From Gemmatimonadota bacterium (GTDB lineage: Bacteria; Gemmatimonadota; Gemmatimonadetes; Palauibacterales; Palauibacteraceae), in the NCBI GenBank assembly GCA_963666735.1, contig OY762926.1:2752001-2816000 (forward strand): a stretch of 64,000 bases of DNA, in the 5' to 3' direction. The notes under the pieces are model-generated. The model searched no databases. It saw nothing but the letters and a program-made list of their open reading frames with translations, and was not told the DNA's origin. The position numbers and the translations under genes were made by a program. This document shows, piece by piece, positions 60,884 to 64,000 of this stretch (position 1 is its first letter; every line of letters starts with the position of its first letter).

Positions 60884-61221
60884 TTGCGCGACGAGAGGTC
60901 AGGTGGGCGGACCTGGACGAGCCGAGAGCGTCGGAGCCGGGGTTCCGTCGTCCGATTCTCATCGTGCAGGCCGACGCCTTCAATCGAAGTAGGCTCAGAA
61001 CCGTGATCGGCGTAGCCCTGACGTCGAACACGCGCTACCTGGACGCTCCGGGCAACGTTCTCCTGCCGGCCTCGGGAACGGGGTTGCCAAGGGATTCCGT
61101 GGCCAACGTGACCCAACTCGTGACCATCGATGAAGATTACCTGGGGGACCGGTGTGGCCGGATCTCGCCCAAGCTCATGAGTCGGGTCGAAGCCGGGCTG
61201 CGGCTGGTCCTGGATCTGTAA
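60877..61221 (+). CDS. mazF: PemK/MazF family toxin
   Basis: SEPGFRRPILIVQ.D.FN, LTSN, GLPRDSVANVTQLVTID and GLRLVL. Confidence 0.92.
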   Translation: MVVARREVRWADLDEPRASEPGFRRPILIVQADAFNRSRLRTVIGVALTSNTRYLDAPGNVLLPASGTGLPRDSVANVTQLVTIDEDYLGDRCGRISPKLMSRVEAGLRLVLDL

Positions 61222-61361
61222 GGGCCTGCGGGCCACTTCGAACTGGAACCGAAGCCGCCACACGGTGCGGTTGCCCGCCGCATCGACGGGGAGCATGATG
61301 CTTGAGCCGTCGAACCCCGGCCAATGAACGATCCACGGCCACGTCGCGAAAGGACGCCTCG

Positions 61362-62810
61362 ATGACCGCCGCCCGCCTCCACCGCGCCCCGCTCCTCGCG
61401 CTCGCCGCGACCATCCCGTGCCTCGCGGCCGGCCTGCCCTCCGGCGCTCGGGCGCAGGAAGCGATGGAGGACTTCATCGCGGTGCAGGCGCCCACCGTCG
61501 CACTCGCCAACGTGAAGGTGATCGATGGGACCGGAGGTCCCGCCCTCGAAGGGCAGACCATCGTCATTCGGGACGGCCGCATCGCCGACATCGGCCCCGC
61601 CGACGAGGTCGCGGGACGGATCCGCAACGCGCAGGTCCTCGACCTTGAGGGTCATACCGTCATTCCGGGTCTCATCGGACTCCACAACCACAGCTACTAC
61701 ACGGGCGGGAACGGACGTGCCGCGCAGCTCTCCGTCTCGGGGTCCCGGCTCTACCTCGCTTCGGGCGTGACGACGATCCGGACGACCGGCGCGCGCGCAC
61801 CGTACGAGGAGATCAACCTCAAGCGCGCGATCGACGAGGGACGGGCCATCGGCCCCAACATGTTCACGACCGGGCCCTACCTGACGGGGCAGGAGGGCGC
61901 CCAGTCGATGGCGCAGCTCGACGGGGCGGAGCAGGCGCGCCGTCTCGTCCGTTACTGGGCCGAGGAGGGCGTGCCCTGGTTCAAGGCGTACACATGGATC
62001 AGCCGCGAGGAACTCGGCGCGGCGATCGACGAGGCGCACCGGCACGGCGTGAAGGTGACGGCCCACCTCTGCTCGGTGGGATACCGGGAGGCGGTGGCGC
62101 TCGGGATCGACAACCTGGAACACGGCCTGCTCGCGAACAGCGAGTACTTCCCGGGCAAGGAGCCGGACGACTGCCCGTCCGGGTTCCGGAACGGCTACGC
62201 CGACCTCGATGTGAACTCCGAGGACGTCCAGGAGACGTTCCGCATGATGATCGAGAACGACGTCGCGATGACCTCGACGCTCGCGGTCTACGAGATCTCC
62301 GTCCCCGGCCGGGGACCGATCGACGAGCGGATCTACGACATCCTCGCCCCGGAAATCGCGGCGGAGGTGCGAGAGATCGCGGACCTGCGGCGGAACGCGA
62401 CGCTCGACTCCGGGATCGGGATCCACCCCGACATCTACCGGAAGGCGCTCGAGTACGAGTACGCCTTCGTGCAGGCGGGAGGCACGCTCGCGGCCGGCGT
62501 CGACCCGACCGGATACGGGGCCGCTCCGCCCGGTTACGGCGACCAGAAGAACTACGAACTGCTGCTCGAGGCCGGGTTCACGCCCGCCGAGGTCGTGCGG
62601 ATCATGAGCGCGAACGGCGCCAGGGTGCTGGGGATCGAGGACGAAAGGGGGACGATCGAGGTCGGCAAGGTCGCGGACCTCGTCGTGCTGGAGGGCGACC
62701 CGGAAGCGGACGGGCACATCCGCGAGACGCGCATCGTGTTCAAGGGCGGCGTGGGCTGGGACGCGCCCGCGCTCATCGAGTCGGTCCGCGGCATCGTCGG
62801 CATCCGCTGA
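61362..62810 (+). CDS. Secreted amidohydrolase family protein
   Basis: Signal peptide, PGLIGLHNH, GVTTIRT, FKAY, TAHL, LEHG and GKVADLVVL. Confidence 0.9.
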   Translation: MTAARLHRAPLLALAATIPCLAAGLPSGARAQEAMEDFIAVQAPTVALANVKVIDGTGGPALEGQTIVIRDGRIADIGPADEVAGRIRNAQVLDLEGHTVIPGLIGLHNHSYYTGGNGRAAQLSVSGSRLYLASGVTTIRTTGARAPYEEINLKRAIDEGRAIGPNMFTTGPYLTGQEGAQSMAQLDGAEQARRLVRYWAEEGVPWFKAYTWISREELGAAIDEAHRHGVKVTAHLCSVGYREAVALGIDNLEHGLLANSEYFPGKEPDDCPSGFRNGYADLDVNSEDVQETFRMMIENDVAMTSTLAVYEISVPGRGPIDERIYDILAPEIAAEVREIADLRRNATLDSGIGIHPDIYRKALEYEYAFVQAGGTLAAGVDPTGYGAAPPGYGDQKNYELLLEAGFTPAEVVRIMSANGARVLGIEDERGTIEVGKVADLVVLEGDPEADGHIRETRIVFKGGVGWDAPALIESVRGIVGIR

Positions 62811-62823
62811 CGGGCCGTCCCGG

Positions 62824-64000
62824 GTGAACTCACGAGGAGCAGGGCGAGTCCGGCTCTCGGGCCTGACGATCGTCGCTCTCCTGGCCGCTGTCCTCAGCGG
62901 CCCGCACCCTGCCGCCGCCCAGCCGACCGCCGCAGATGCCGCTGCGGTGCTCGTCGCGACGGCGGGCGACTTCGAGGAGCGGGGCGAACTCGACGTGGCC
63001 CGAGCCCTCTATGAGGAGGTCATCCGCCGCTACCCCGACACCCCCGGTGCAGGGATGGCCCGGGTTCGACTGGAACGGCTGGGGGTGCCGGAGGGCCCGA
63101 CGCCGGTGCGGCTGGCGCAGGGAGATGCCCCGCGAGATCCCCCGCCCGACCGGCGCGGCGACACGGAGTTCCGCGTCTGGTCGACACTCTACGGGCTGTG
63201 GCTGGGCGTCGCGGTGCCGATGCTCGCGGATGCGGAGGGCTCCGAGTCCTACGGCGCGGGTCTCCTGCTCGGCGGGCCGACAGGCTACCTCGCCGGACGC
63301 GTGTTCTCGCGTTCCCTCTCGGTGGGACGGGCACGCACGATCAGTTGGGCCGGCACGTGGGGCACCTGGCAGGGCGTGGGCTGGGCGAACGCCCTGAACC
63401 TGGGGGCCGAGGCGGGCTGCGAATCCTGCGGGCCGGGCGAGAAAGAGGTTGTGGCTACCGCACTGGCCGGCGGCCTGACCGGCATCGTCACGGCCGGCCT
63501 CCTCTCACGCGACGTCACGGAGGGAACAGCTGCGGCGACCTACCTGGGCAGCCTGTGGGGGACGTGGTTCGGCCTCGCGGGGGCGACCGTGCTGGATCTG
63601 GACGACGAGGCGATGTGGGCGAGCACGCTGCTCGTGGGCGACGCGGGCCTGATCGCCGGAGCGCTGGCCGGGAGCCGCTTCGACTTTTCCTCCCGTCGTG
63701 CGCACATGATCAGCCTCGGAGGTCTCATCGGCGGTTTCGGTGGGGTCGGCATCGCGCTCATCACGAAGCCGGACGGCACCGAAGCCGCGTTCGCGATTCC
63801 GCTTGCGACGAGTCTCGCGGGTCTGGGCTTCGGGGCCCTGCTGACACGGGACGGCGCGGACGCCGCCGGAGGGGAGTCGAGCGCGGCCCGCGCGGGGTCC
63901 GGCTCGGCGCCGCCGGCTCTCCTGACCTGGTCGCATGGCACACAACCTGCGGTTGGCCTGCCGATGCCGTTCCCGACCACCGTCCCCGACCCGGAGCGGA
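62824..64000 (+). CDS. Partial membrane protein with N-terminal TPR-like helix pair (runs off the window)
   Basis: Open frame from GTG at 62824 with a signal peptide, ARALYEEVIRRYPDTP and many Gly-rich hydrophobic segments. No stop seen before the window end; absent from the ORF track. Confidence 0.75.
   Translation, partial: MNSRGAGRVRLSGLTIVALLAAVLSGPHPAAAQPTAADAAAVLVATAGDFEERGELDVARALYEEVIRRYPDTPGAGMARVRLERLGVPEGPTPVRLAQGDAPRDPPPDRRGDTEFRVWSTLYGLWLGVAVPMLADAEGSESYGAGLLLGGPTGYLAGRVFSRSLSVGRARTISWAGTWGTWQGVGWANALNLGAEAGCESCGPGEKEVVATALAGGLTGIVTAGLLSRDVTEGTAAATYLGSLWGTWFGLAGATVLDLDDEAMWASTLLVGDAGLIAGALAGSRFDFSSRRAHMISLGGLIGGFGGVGIALITKPDGTEAAFAIPLATSLAGLGFGALLTRDGADAAGGESSAARAGSGSAPPALLTWSHGTQPAVGLPMPFPTTVPDPER

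Overview
High-GC bacterial chromosomal segment, densely coding, with about 55 genes. It has no rRNA, tRNA or CRISPR array that I can see. Gene content (many secreted amidohydrolases and peptidases, FG-GAP/ASPIC, BNR/VPS10, DUF5916 and TPR lipoproteins, sulfotransferases) resembles Gemmatimonadota, possibly a host-associated lineage; this is inference only. Main blocks: (1) a minus-strand run sufC-sufB-sufD-Rieske ferredoxin-sufS-sufU-rsgA-Nudix-OsmC. The OsmC gene has an in-frame UGA at the conserved catalytic Cys position, followed by a SECIS-like hairpin, so it is a probable selenoprotein that the ORF track splits in two. Fur-like boxes lie upstream of the operon. (2) A decayed glpD, a 48-aa orphan peptide, a DUF3179 lipoprotein and a frameshifted DUF5916 gene. 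(3) Back-to-back fused IS3 and ISNCY-like remnants. (4) TonB-dependent receptor and quinohemoprotein PQQ alcohol dehydrogenase. (5) SSS transporter, and a trypsin-like protease preceded by a stand-alone copy of its own N-terminal domain. (6) Two type II toxin-antitoxin modules. (7) A blaR1-blaI-like pair with tandem palindromic operators, divergent from a VPS10/BNR protein and an M14 peptidase. (8) A GT2/sulfotransferase cluster including a GT2-sulfotransferase fusion. (9) Rhodanese, FG-GAP protein, msrB and a multicopper oxidase. Short tandem micro-duplications recur at gene boundaries. All family assignments come from motif recognition, not database searches.
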